From assembly GCF_006345805.1 (NCBI RefSeq), contig NC_043000.1, forward strand, positions 46,996,001 through 47,060,000: DNA of 64,000 nucleotides, given 5' to 3'. Origin of the DNA: Octopus sinensis. Lineage: Eukaryota. Position 1 is the first letter of the stretch. Each line of letters starts with the position of its first letter. The translations under genes and the position numbers were made by a program. This document shows, one piece after another, positions 50,650-63,324 of this stretch. Under the pieces are notes generated by a model. The model saw only the letters and a list, made by a program, of their open reading frames with translations, was not told where the DNA came from and did no database searches.

Positions 50650-51130
50650 TGAAATCCATGCATCCATGTAGAGAACTGCCATCAGTGAGGTGAAATATAA
50701 CAAGAATTTCAGCATGGAATTTAGCATGCAAGTATGGGTACATCAGGTTTCCATTCTCAGTTCCATCCAATTTATTAAAGTGTTCCAAGCCATTACAGCG
50801 GCATTTAACATTGGGTATCCAAAGAAACTGTTGTATAGTGGTGATCTAGTTTTTAAAGTAGAATCTGTAGAAGATTTGGAGAATAAATTGCAGAAATGGA
50901 AATTAAATCTCAAATGGAAAGCCACAAAATATACATAGCAAATTTTAAATTTTTCTTAAATAAAAATAAAAACATGATCTCTTTACTATCAAGGAAATGT
51001 GCATGCTCAGCATACAGAAAAAAGAGAAGGTCGAAATGCCAAATGGTTTAGCCAAGGTAAATTCTAGAGTTACAAGAGGTATAGAAGAATAGTACAATTA
51101 TTGTCAATTAGAAAGACAGGTGCAGGAATA
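50650..51130 (+). pseudogene. decayed RTE LINE RT fragment
   Basis: WVHQVSILSSIQFIKVFQAIT..GYPKKLLYSGDLV resembles GVHQGSVLSPLLF...ELLYADDLV. Confidence 0.65.
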
Positions 51131-52957
51131 GTTAACAATATGAGTACACATAAAATAAATACTATCAAATATTTGTATCATCACAAGTGGATACTAATAG
51201 AACGAGTTAACTCTACAGTGCTATTGATGTTTATAGTTTTAGCATATAATTAAAATGGTATTTATTTACTGCTACCTTGACTGGACCATTTGATAGTAAA
51301 CTTTTGCATCAATTATTGGACCAGGTGGAGTAAAGCAAACAAAAGACTGGCTGTTTGGAAGGTAGTATGATATGCAATAATTTAAACTGTCAAACATGTA
51401 TGTCTCTAGGGTTTGTTTTCCTTTTCTTAACCATTATTGTTTCAACAAACTAATAGTGAGTGCTTTCATTTTCTCTGAAGAGTTCCAATATGAAAAAACT
51501 TCTCTGAAGTTATCTCCCATACCTGTAAAGGTAAACAATAATGGGTTAGCACTTAACCATGCCACACAATATTTCAGTTATAGCAGGAATAGCTTAAACA
51601 TCTTCTCTGCTGCATTTGCAGTAAAGAGATAATGAACAACACATGCAGAGAAAGATGTGGCTGATTCTGTCCATTACTTTGCCTGTAATCGTTACACTTG
51701 AGCTGTATATGTGACTATTTATTTTTTGCTTGGGAGCCCAGTGGAAGGTAAAGTTAGACACAGGTCTGAGAAGACTGATATGCTTTTACACTGCCTTTCA
51801 TCCACAACATCTCTATCTATAGACAAATTATGTTAAAACAATTAGAACTGTTTTGATTTAGATATGAGGCCTCAAAGCTTTTGAAGTGTGAAACTGAAGG
51901 ATTTTATAATCATATCAATATACTTTCTACAATAGGCACAAGGTCAGAAATTTTGGGGTGGGGTATAGTCGATTACAATGACCCCAGTTCTCATCTGGTA
52001 TTTATTTTATTGATTCTGAAAGACTGAAAAGCAAAACTAACCTTGGAAGAACTCGAATGTAAAGACTGATGAAATACCATTATTCATTTAGCCCAGTATG
52101 CTAACAAATCTGCCAGCTTGCAATCATATCAATATCATTAACAGTAAATGAACTGATTCAGTCAGGAACTGAAACCCTTTCAAAGATTAAGTTTCTTTTG
52201 TTTTTTTTAAATTTTTGTTTGGAAGTTTACATCTTGGATTTACAACAATCTACAACTGTAAAACAAGAACAAACAAAGAAAAACATCAATGTTCTTACTT
52301 CTCGCATAACTTATAGAAATAGTTTTAGGATTTCTGACTATCTATTTTAAGTTTTCAGTGTTGAAGAAACCAATTTAACTTCAGCTTAATGGCAAAAATT
52401 CAAAGAAAATACAAGCTGGAAGAAAAATAAAAAGGCAAAAAGAAGTAGATAGATAGAAAGCTACAACATCCTTCCATCCCACCAAATGCTACCAAGAGTT
52501 GTCAAATTTGTTGAAAGGCATTTTTTTTTTCCTGGAGAAGAAAGAAGAATTTTAACGTTTGGTAATTTACCAGATTACTGTTAAAAGCTGGGGATATAAT
52601 TTGGAATAAAATATTCCCAAAAAAATTTTAAAAAGTACAAAGCAAAAAAATTCTGGTAATAGTAGTAGTAGCAGCTGTATAAGTAATGTAACAAGACTGA
52701 CAATGCTTTCATCAATATCCTATACACTTTACACTAAAATGTCACAGAATTCAAAGAGTAAAACCAAAACTGCTCAAAACAAATATATAAATAAAACAAA
52801 AAAATTAGGATTAATAAATAAACAAAAAATATTACATTAAGCAAAAGAAAAGAGTTTTTAATTTGAAATATATTTCTGCAGTTAGTCTTAAGAATATATT
52901 GTGACACACAATTAAACCCGATCCAACGAATGGAGATCAATTAGATACAAAATAATA

Positions 52958-53038
52958 TTCTTCTTCTTCTTCTTTTCTTCTTCTTCTTCTTCTTCTTCTT
53001 CTTCTTCTTCTTCTTCTCTTCTTCTTCTTCTTCTTCTT

Positions 53039-53069
<31 letters not shown>

Positions 53070-53071
53070 TC

Positions 53072-53106
<35 letters not shown>

Positions 53107-53122
53107 TTTTATTATTATTATT
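52958..53122. repeat. (TTC)n followed by (TTA)n microsatellite
   Basis: Seen directly. Confidence 0.95.
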
Positions 53123-53374
53123 TACAACACCACAACAACAACCATTCATCGCCATTATTGTGGTCTTTCACAAATGGGGGTCTTTGAAATTTCCTGTAGC
53201 AATAAATTCTAAGTTAATAGAAAATTGATAACACAGAGATTTATACACATATCTCCCTACCAAACACACACATATGCATGTGAGTGTGTAAGCATGTTTG
53301 GGTGCATGAGTAAACACTTACACTTTGAATTTACTAGTGTGTTTGTATACATACACAGAGACATATATCCATAG

Positions 53375-53555
53375 AAACATACATACACATATACATACAT
53401 ATCGACATACACATATATATATATATATATATATAATATGTGTGTATGTGTGTATATGTATATATGTATATATATAAATGTATGTATATATATATATATA
53501 CATACACTTATATATATGTCTTTGTGTATGTATGTATATATACATACATACATAC

Positions 53556-53599
<44 letters not shown>

Positions 53600-53625
53600 A
53601 ATATATATGTATGTATGTTTGTATG

Positions 53626-53672
<47 letters not shown>

Positions 53673-53673
53673 G

Positions 53674-53706
<33 letters not shown>

Positions 53707-53730
53707 GCATGTACATATATATATATATAT

Positions 53731-53766
<36 letters not shown>

Positions 53767-53785
53767 TACATACATACATACACAT

Positions 53786-53833
<48 letters not shown>

Positions 53834-53836
53834 TAA
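53375..53836. repeat. (TA)n-rich compound microsatellite
   Basis: Seen directly. Confidence 0.95.
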
Positions 53837-54174
53837 TTTTTTATTTCTATAAATATATTAACATGTCAACTTTTTGACATTCTGAACTGGGGATACCTAA
53901 GAAGTTACTTTCATGCTCGCATAGCCTACCATTTTCACACTTTATCATAAATCACTCTCCAAATGACTTTGCCCTTTTCTTTGTCTCTGCATCATCTCTT
54001 TCCCTCTTTAAAGCAAATATATTTTCCATTTTGGCAAAAAAATTTCCTTTTTCTGAACCCTTTCAGATAATAAACTATTGACACACTAAATCAAAATTAT
54101 ATTTTAAAATTTATTTTTAGACTCGGGATAGGTAAAATTTTATGTGTGAACAGACAATCAAACACACAGACATG

Positions 54175-54208
<34 letters not shown>

Positions 54209-54498
54209 TATGTACCCACGCAAACAGAAATACATGTGTTCATGTACATACATATACACACACACTTCATCTTCGCTCTTCTTATTGCTTTTATTATATG
54301 TAGTATAAAGGAACATGAATTCCTATTGAGACTTCATTGAGGCCTATTCACATAGGCTAAACTGAATGTATGAATATATATATATATATATGCACATATA
54401 TATATATATATTGACAGATACATACAAACAAACAAGCATACACACCTACCTTCATATATATAACTGTTAATGTCATTATATATGATAAAATACCAATG

Positions 54499-54510
54499 AT
54501 ATCTATCTTG

Positions 54511-54541
<31 letters not shown>

Positions 54542-54668
54542 CCTATTTATCTATCTATCTATCTATTTATCTAACTGTCTATCTATCTATTTATCTATCT
54601 AACTATGTATGTATCTATATATTTATTTATCTCTTTATCTGCCTATATACTTATCTATTTATTTACCC

Positions 54669-54744
<76 letters not shown>

Positions 54745-54942
54745 GTCTGTCTGTCTGTCTGTCTGTCTGCCTGTCTGTCTGTCAGTCTGTCTGTCTGTCA
54801 GTCTGTCTGTCTGTTTGTCTGTTTGTTTGTCTGTCTATCTATCTATCTTTATATCAATATCTATATAACTGTTTGTCTGTCTGTCTGTCTGTCTGTATGT
54901 ATGTATGTATGTAAATATGTATGTATGTATGTATGTATGTAT
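54499..54942. repeat. compound tetranucleotide array (TATC)n-(TGTC)n-(TATG)n
   Basis: Seen directly. Confidence 0.95.
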
Positions 54943-55615
54943 TAAATATATTTTGTCGATTTTGAAGCTGGTATATGTACACGAATAAGCATTTATGCTT
55001 ACGTGCATATACAAAACTGTGTCATTCTTTTACAATCTTCTTTGGAAACGTGTTTTACATATCTGAAGGACTAAAGATGAGGTATGTATTTGTCTGTGTG
55101 TTCAACAAAAAAAAAAAGAAAAACCACACATACATGTAAATGAATAAATGTATATATGAATGAATAGTTTTTATGCCTTCATTCTTTTACTTGTTTCAGT
55201 CATTTCACTGGAGCATCACCTTAAAGGGTTTTAGTCAAAGAAAGAGAGCCCAAGACTTACGTTTTTGCAAGCCTAGTACTTATTCTGTTGGTTGCTATGT
55301 CACGGCGACATAAACACACCAGCATCGGTTGTCAAGCGATGGCATGGGGACAAACATACATACATAACACATAAATATATACATACATACATACATACAC
55401 ATATACATACATATATATATATGAAATTAAAGAAATTGGAGTCAAGAAGAAGGAATATGGTTGAACATTTGATATTAACACATGATGAATAACCAGATTT
55501 AAACTTGGAAGTATATAATAATACTACCAATACTACCGATACCACCACTTAGTAATTACAGGGTGGATGAACTCTATACTATACTCTACACATTCCTAAT
55601 GGAATATAACATAAT

Positions 55616-55659
<44 letters not shown>

Positions 55660-55761
55660 TCGGGGTGAGTACTTGATAATTATAAGCACCTGTGTATACC
55701 GTTTGGTGGTGTAGGTGGTGGAGTAAATTGATCAAAATAAAAACATGATGCGAAGGATTCA

Positions 55762-55839
55762 GCGGTACATATGTTTCAGGCCTTTATTAGACAGATTTAT
55801 AACAATGCATAATGTATGTTTGTGGCCTTCTTCAGCCGC
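55762..55839 (-). ncRNA. type I hammerhead ribozyme (left arm of palindrome)
   Basis: GCGG-CTGAAGA-AGGCC..GGCCT-GAAA-CATATG-TA-CCGC on the minus strand; all core nucleotides intact. Confidence 0.82.
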
Positions 55840-55879
55840 GCACAACAGCAAGGACATGTCCTTGTGGAAGCTGTTGTGT

Positions 55880-55957
55880 GCGGCTGAAGAAGGCCACAAA
55901 CATACATTATGCATTGTTATAAATCTGTCTAATAAAGGCCCGAAACATATGTACCGC
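55880..55957 (+). ncRNA. type I hammerhead ribozyme (right arm of palindrome)
   Basis: GCGG-CTGAAGA-AGGCC..GGCCC-GAAA-CATATG-TA-CCGC; closing stem II pair is A-C. Confidence 0.78.
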
Positions 55958-55990
55958 TGAATCCTTCGCATCATGTTTTTATTTTGATCA

Positions 55991-56020
<30 letters not shown>

Positions 56021-56021
<1 letters not shown>

Positions 56022-56411
56022 GGCGCAGGAGTAGCAGTGTGGTAAGTAGCTTGCTAACCAACCACATGGTTCCGGGTTCAGTCCCACTGTGGGGCATTTT
56101 GGGCAAGTGTCTTCTGCTATAGCCCCGGGCCGACCAATGCCTTGTGAGTGGATTTGGTAGACGGAAACTGAAAGAAGTCTGTCGTATATATGTATATATG
56201 TGTGTGTGTGTGTGTGTTTGTGTTTGTCCCCCTAGCATTGCTTGACAACCAATGCTGGTGTGTTTACGTCCCAGTCACTTAGCGGTTCGGCAAAAGAGAC
56301 CGATATAATAAGTACTGGGCTTACAAAGAATAAGTCTCGGGGTCGATTTGCTTGACTAAAGGCGGTGCTCCAGCATGGCCGCAGTCAAATGAATGAAACA
56401 AGTAAAAGAGA

Positions 56412-56412
<1 letters not shown>
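56021..56412 (+). mobile_element. tRNA-derived SINE family A, full length
   Basis: AGGCGCAGGAGTAGCAGTGTGGTAAG...GGTTCAGTCCC...TTGGGCAAGTGTCTTC...GAAACAAGTAAAAGAG. Confidence 0.85.
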
Positions 56413-56486
<74 letters not shown>

Positions 56487-56489
56487 ATA

Positions 56490-56638
56490 CAATGGGATAT
56501 TTTCAGTTTCTGTCTACCAAATCCACTCACAAGGCTTTGGTCAACCTGAGCTTATAGTACGGGACACTTACCCAAGGTGCCATGCAGTGGGACTGGACCT
56601 GGAACAATGTGGTTGGGAAACAAGCTTCTTATCACAAT
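56490..56638 (-). mobile_element. SINE family A 5' fragment
   Basis: Reverse complement of the family A head. Confidence 0.7.
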
Positions 56639-57186
56639 AAACAGGAAATTGGAAAACTGTATGTATGTATGTATGTATGTATGTATGTATGCATGTATGT
56701 AAGATTGTATGTATGTATGTATGTCAGTTCAAATAGAGCACGTACTCTATATGGCTAAAGAGTCTATGACTTATTTTTAGCAATGGCAATGCTTACTGCA
56801 CCCTTGGTCACTTTTATTGATGGTGAATTATTCCCTTTTTGATTTAAAATTATTTAGCCACCTTAATTATTATATATTAACCGGTGTTGTTCAAACGATG
56901 AACAGCCTTCGCGTAAACCATTGGTTCATTTTGTTCTCTTACTTTATTATCATCTTATAATCATCACATATTAATGACCTTTATGACTCGTATTACTACC
57001 TCAGTCAATCTAAATGTATATATTTGTCACTACCTGTCATAAATAGCCTTTTTCTATTTGCAATATGCATTTTCGTTGATTTTTCATATTTTGCCCTTAC
57101 ATTTCCACGTCTATTTTATATTTTATATTTTCTTTTCGTAACATATTTCTACTATATATATATATATGAACATAAATATATTTATG

Positions 57187-57560
57187 TAGGTGCAGGCATA
57201 ACTTTGCAGTAAATCGGGTTCAGTCCCACTGTGTAGTGTGTAGTATGTAGGGTGAGTGTTTTCTACTATAGCACTGGGTTTCTACTATAGCACTGGTAGC
57301 CTTGTGAGTGGATTTGCTTGACGAAAACTAAAAGAGGCCAATTGTATATATGTATATATCTATGTCTGTATGTCTCTGTGTATGAGTTTGTGCCCCATCA
57401 CTGCTTGAAAACTGGTGTTGGTTTGTTTACATCCCCATAACTTAGCAGTTTGGCAAACTAGACTGTTAGAATGAATATTGGGCTTATGAAATATAAGTTC
57501 CGGGGTCGAAAGTTGTGCTCCAGTATGGCTGTAGTCCATAGATGAAACAAGAAAAAATAT
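57187..57560 (+). mobile_element. degenerate SINE family A
   Basis: AGGTGCAGG..GGGTTCAGTCCCACTG..CCTTGTGAGTGGATTTG..GAAACAAG. Confidence 0.65.
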
Positions 57561-57671
57561 GAAAAGGTAGATCCATATATATATATATATAGATATAGAT
57601 AGATATATAGATAAAGAGATACATACATACATACAGGTATACATACATACATACATACATACATACATACA

Positions 57672-57702
<31 letters not shown>

Positions 57703-58127
57703 GTTTCTGTGTGTATGTGTATGTATAGATTCAGTGATAATATTAAGTGGAATAATTGTAAATGCAACACCATATCACACATTTCCATGTGCATCTCTGC
57801 TTCTGTATGTACATGTGTGTATGTATGTGTGTGTATGTGCATGAGTGTATGTACATGTGTGTATGTGCATGTGTGTGTATGTGTATGTGTGTATGTGTTA
57901 GTTCACATTTAAAAAGAGGAAAAATAACATTTTTGTTAAAAGCTCAAATCGCTGAATAGACTTCCTGAAAATTTAATGACTCACACGCACAAACAGAGGC
58001 ATGTTAGCATGCACATGTATAAATATATTTCAAGCTACCCACATATATGAATGTGAACACCCTTCAAAATATACCGATGCTGATATATTTACACAAAAAT
58101 CAGTATAAACATTCAAAATTGAAGAAA

Positions 58128-58178
<51 letters not shown>

Positions 58179-58206
58179 CACATACATACATACATACATA
58201 TGTATG

Positions 58207-58238
<32 letters not shown>

Positions 58239-58240
58239 TA

Positions 58241-58274
<34 letters not shown>

Positions 58275-58803
58275 GAGAAAGAGAGAGAGAAAAAGAGGGA
58301 GGAAGAAGGTTAATCATACATATTATACTCTATTATATGTCTAAAACTATTAACCTGGAGCAAATTCATTTATCTGTCTATCTGTCAATCTGTATATCTA
58401 TCTATCTACTTATAGCTAAAAGTGTGAGTGCATGCATACGTATGTAATGTATGTATGTACGTATGTATGCACATGTGCTCAGGATACAAATGCATATATA
58501 TATATTAACAAATTCTTACATATTCACTTGCATATTCTTAGTTTTTTTACATTAGCAATAATATGCGTATATATACACACGCAAATAAATATATGCACAT
58601 GCATGTCTATATCTATCTACCTGAATATGTGTGTGTGTGTGTGTGTATGCATGTGTGTGTATCTATAAGTGTACGTACATATATATGTATGAATGTATGT
58701 GTTTTTTGTATACAACAGCTATCTCCCTATGCTGCCATTCAATATACCCAGTTCTTTATACATGTTGCTTCCAGAGACAACTTTTGTGAAATTGAAAATA
58801 TAT

Positions 58804-58848
<45 letters not shown>

Positions 58849-58880
58849 ATATATATATATGTATGTATGTGTGTATATAT

Positions 58881-58934
<54 letters not shown>

Positions 58935-61029
58935 GTATATATATATTATGTATATATGTGTGCATGTGTGTATATATACATAAATATCTAAACAGGAGAG
59001 AGTAGGAGGGTAAGAGTGAGAAAAAGTGGTGTGTTAATGTATATAAATTCATTTGTCTATTTTTTTAATATTGTACACATGCCTCACCCTCTTGGCTTTT
59101 GAAACACATCAATACAACCATTATATGTATGATTGCGTTGGCATGTTTTTGAAAAACTGCATGTACATATGTGCATATACTCCCACGTCTATGTGTACAT
59201 GCCTCATTTATAATCTCTGTCACTTGCACTCAAACACACCACACAAATATGCACACAGGTTATGCATGTCTCTTAGCAATATGTGTGTGTGTGTGTGCAT
59301 GTGGGTGAGTATTTATATGTATATAATTATGTATATGTATATGTATGTATAGTAGCAATTTTGTATATGCTAAGTATCTGAATGCATATGTGTATTCATT
59401 TTGTAAATACTAATTTTTCATTTAAATATTCAAAAAATATATATTAAAACCATTGAATTGATATAAATGGAAATAATATACTATTATATTGTTTATAGGT
59501 TTTTTTTTTCAGTTTCTTTTTCTGCAATTTTTCCAGTTTCATTTTCTGCAATTTTTTTTTTCCTCCATGTAGTTGATAATAGTAATTGGATGAGATTTTT
59601 TTGTTAAAATTTTGTCCAGTCTGAAAATAGTTTGTCAGCATGAGGTTTTATGTAGAATCTATTTATTTCAAGACCTAGAAACCAAATTAATTATTTTGCA
59701 AGACCTTTGTAAATAAAGATCGTTATATTTTAACCTTTTCTTTTTTGTTGTTGTTCTGTGTAGTTTTGGAGTTCATTTTATTAATTTTGTAGAGTTTCGA
59801 TGATAAATTAAGCAAAATAAATCAGTGAAAAAAAAGTTAATAGATTAAGAAAGGGAAAAAAAGTTAAAAACAATTTTTCAAAATTGGAAAAATTAAATTG
59901 TTTTATTTTATTCTTTTCTGCTTTTTTAAATTAAGAAGTTCAAAATAAGCTATTTCTGAGGGCATATCAACATTATGATAGATTACAAGGGAATGTGCAT
60001 AAAATAAAATATGAAAAAAAATATTATTGAAATAACGATCACATTGGTAGTGCTATTGGTGTGTTTGATGATGGCGACAGTGAGGATGGCCATGCTGATG
60101 CTGTTGAATAAGTGAATAAGGAAGTGGTAATAATGATGAAGCTGGTTTGGATAGGAATGCTGAAGGCAATGATGATGATGAGGAAGAGGAAGAGGAGGGG
60201 AGGAGGAGGATTGGTGGTAGATGGCAACAACATTATTATGTATAAAAATGCTACAAAAATTTAATTTGGGAAAGATTTCAAGAATTGGGTTTAGCTTAGA
60301 TGCAAGATCGCTTGCTTAATGACCTCAGGACGCAAGACATAGATGTAGTAGCCATCACTAGGACACCGATATTTCTGAAGTGCGATTATTGTTTTCAACA
60401 ATTATGAGATATTCTCAACCTGTGGTCTATTGGGATCTAGCAATGAGATAGTTGGGTTATTCTGGCAATACTTAGATCTCAAATTACAAGCTATCTTCCT
60501 AGACCATCTAGTGCAGTGATCCTGAATGTAAATGGAAGCAAATGTGGTGTCTTCAAACTTGTGACTTTCTATGCCTGACAGTACAGCCCAAATTTTTCAA
60601 ATGTGTTGAAACTTTTCTAGGGACATCCTATATATACTTGACTACATATGAGGCATGGGAAGTGCTTTTTAGATGAATTGTAGGACTCTGTGCAGCTAAC
60701 ACATAGGAGCAGGTGGTACAAAACACTCGAAAATCTGTTCAGAAGTTTCCATCTATCTGACAAGTACTGACTGAAAGATCTTTGTGGTTTTTGTCACAGT
60801 TTACAATTATCTTTTAAAAGAAATGTTTTAATGTATCGTATAGATGTAATTTTTTTGCTGAATCTGAATTTGGTAATTATTTATTCCAGAAAAATTTGCA
60901 AAAATGTTACAGCTATTCAAAGTATGATACTTTCCAGAGTTTTCAGCCAATCAGACAATAGCACGTTTGCTGTCTCATCATCATCAGGGGTGGGATGGGG
61001 GTTTTGGCACCGGCATGTCAAAATATTAA

Positions 61030-61338
61030 ACTTCTCTTTCTTCGCCCTTTCCAAGCCTAGCTAGGCTCAGGTGCCCGGTTTCCCGGTTTCTGTAGCTTAT
61101 GAGTTCCCCCCAGCTGGACGGGACGCCAGTCCATCGCAGCGTTACTAAAGAAACAGAGAGTGAGAGAAAGTTGTGGCGAAAGAGTACAACATGGGTAGCC
61201 ACAACCCTCTGCCGGAGCCTCGTGGAGCTTTTAGGTTTTTTCGCTCAATAAACACACACAACGCCCTATCTGGGAATCGAAACCGCGATCCTACGACCGC
61301 GAGTCCGCTGCCCTAACCACTGGGCCATTGCGCCTCCA
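61030..61338 (-). mobile_element. tRNA-derived SINE family B (variant 3' end)
   Basis: Reverse complement GGAGGCGCAATGGCCCAGTGGTTAGGGCAGCGGACTCGCGGTCGTAGGATCGCGGTTTCGATTCCC. Confidence 0.85.
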
Positions 61339-61374
61339 CAAAACATTAAACTAGCTACAATTAACTGAAAAACA

Positions 61375-61680
61375 TGAAAACATTCGTGAGCAAATTAAGT
61401 ATTTAAAAGCTACGAACAAACCTTTATGAGTTGCTAGAAATAACAGTCAAAATATTAAAATATAGAAGAGCCAAGTTAACATTAAAACATTCACGAGCAA
61501 ATTAAATATTTAAAAGCTGCAAACAAACCAACAAGAGTTGCTAGAAGTAACAATCAAAACATTAAAATATACATGAGCAATGTAAACAGTGAAAATAGCG
61601 AGAAACATTCGTGAGCAATTAAATATTTAAAAGCGACGAGCAAACCAACAGAGTTGCTAGAAATAACAGTTAAAACATTG
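61375..61680. repeat. minisatellite, ~3 copies of a ~108-118-bp unit
   Basis: AAACATTCRYGAGCAA..TTAA.TATTTAAAAGC..AAACC..GAGTTGCTAGAA.TAACA at ~61378, 61485, 61603. Confidence 0.85.
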
Positions 61681-62214
61681 CATAAAACAAACATTTAGTT
61701 TTAAAAATTCAAGAACGAAAGTTTGCAATACAGTCTAGGATTTTATAAAATAAATTATCATTCTCATATCGCTTTCTCCACATAAATTCACAAATATAAA
61801 AGCCAACCATGGAACGGTGTTTGTTTCGAAGCTTTAAACATGTCCGGGTACTCTCAATTTGTTGACTACACTCAATTTAGTGGTTATACACATTGTGTGC
61901 ATGCTCAGTATCTTTGGTTATTATGGAAACAGAGTTCTTCGCCACGGTGATATATAAAATACACACATCTGATAGGCAAAAATACCCAATTTTTGCACAT
62001 TTTAAAGGCTAATAACTATTTAATTATGGATTTACTGGACAAATGATTTTCATTTTCACAATTAGTATACAAAACTTGATCTATACACCAAATTTGAAAA
62101 CAACTGGAACAAAATTGTAAACAGTGACAAAAGCCACAAAGATGCCTGACTGAATTACGTTCCTGAAGTGCTAGTGTAGATATGGAGCAATCACAGTGGA
62201 TTATTCAAATTGCA

Positions 62215-62760
62215 TCTAGATTCAGTAATATTAAATCAGTGAATAATAGGTTTTGAGAGTGTAGCTGCTAGAATGAGAAAAAGCTGGAAAAATTTTAGAG
62301 AGTTTCTACTTTTGTTGGTAACAAGGGACTTCTCCCTCAGTATGAAAGGCAGATTGCAGGGTGATTGTCTGCAAACAGCCATTCTGCATGGCAGTAAAAC
62401 ATGGGCTGTTACTGCAGAAAACATGTGAAGGCTTGAAAGAAATGAAGCTAGTATGCTTCACTGGATGAACAAAGTCAGTGTTCATGTATTAGAGCGTGCA
62501 AAAGTCTTGAGAGAAAAATTTTGGTATAAGAGACATCTGAAGTAATTTGCAAGAAAGAAGACTTCATTGGTATGATCATGTGATGTGTATGGATGAAGAC
62601 AACTGTGTAAAGAAGTATCAATCATTAACTGTGCAGAACCTGTGGAAGAGGTAAACCCAGGAAAACATAGGATGAAGCAGTGAAGTTTGATCTTGGGATG
62701 CTGAGTCTCATGTTGGTGACAAATGACAGAGACATTTGGCAATTTGCTGTGCTGGAGTAG
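62215..62760 (+). pseudogene. RTE LINE C-terminal fragment
   Basis: SVAARMRKSWKNFRE, AILHGSKTWA, LERNEASMLHWM, RRLHWYDHV, CGRGKPRKT. Confidence 0.7.
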
Positions 62761-62799
62761 GCAAGTCAAACTAAGTAAAATTGTTGTTGTGGTCAGCAG

Positions 62800-63068
62800 T
62801 GGTGACACATAAAAGGCACCCATGCCAGTAACATGTAAAAGGCACTTGTGCCACTAACACATAAACAGCACATGTGCGGGTGAATATAAAAGGCACCCAC
62901 TACACTCTGTGGAACGGTTGGCATTAGGAAGGGTATCCAACCGTAGAAAAAAAGCCAAAACAGACAGGAACCTGAGACAACACCCTGGCTTACCAAGTTC
63001 CAGTCAAACCGTCCAACCCATGCCAGCATGGAAAACGGACGCAAAATATGATGATGATTATGATGATA
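62800..63068 (+). mobile_element. SINE family D
   Basis: AAAAGGCACCC repeats, GGTTGGCATTAGGAAGGGTATCC, CCAACCCATGCCAGCATGGAAAACGGACG-(ATG)n. Confidence 0.75.
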
Positions 63069-63324
63069 ATATATACATACATATATGTACGTACTGACAT
63101 ATATATGCATATATGCGTATAGGACGTCACAAAACGTTAACAACATGAAATACGAAAACGACATGGATTACGAAATACGATAACATGAAATACACTGGCA
63201 AACCCGAGTACATCGAGAGAAACAAATGGAAAACAAGACAAGTAACATGCTTGTTTGCTCTGCTCCCTAAAATGACTCCCTTTGTTCGAGGTTGCGCCCA
63301 TCCTCTCCTGCCCCCATGAAAGAT

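Larger units (their letters stand above)
55724..55995. repeat. near-perfect 272-bp palindrome (126-bp arms, 2 mismatches, 20-nt spacer)
   Basis: 55724-55849 is the reverse complement of 55870-55995 except at 55778/55941 and 55840/55879. Confidence 0.97.

Noticed and set aside
55745-55974. Pair of 71-aa mirror ORFs as a bidirectional peptide gene
   Set aside because: An automatic consequence of the palindrome; the hammerhead motifs explain the sequence better
641-59352. Dozens of ORFs rich in YI/IY, CV, MYVC, HT or LSIY repeats as protein-coding genes
   Set aside because: They are translations of (TA)n, (TG)n, (TATG)n and (TATC)n microsatellites, which lack stop codons in several frames
60250-60780. 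L1/Tx1-like APE endonuclease fragment (DLRTQDIDVVAI)
   Set aside because: Only one weak motif, with many stops; not enough to call without a profile search
61265-61338. tRNA gene (also similar heads at 17289, 33020, 36545, 56021)
   Set aside because: A/B-box heads run directly into repeated SINE bodies and no proper acceptor stem closes; these are tRNA-derived SINEs
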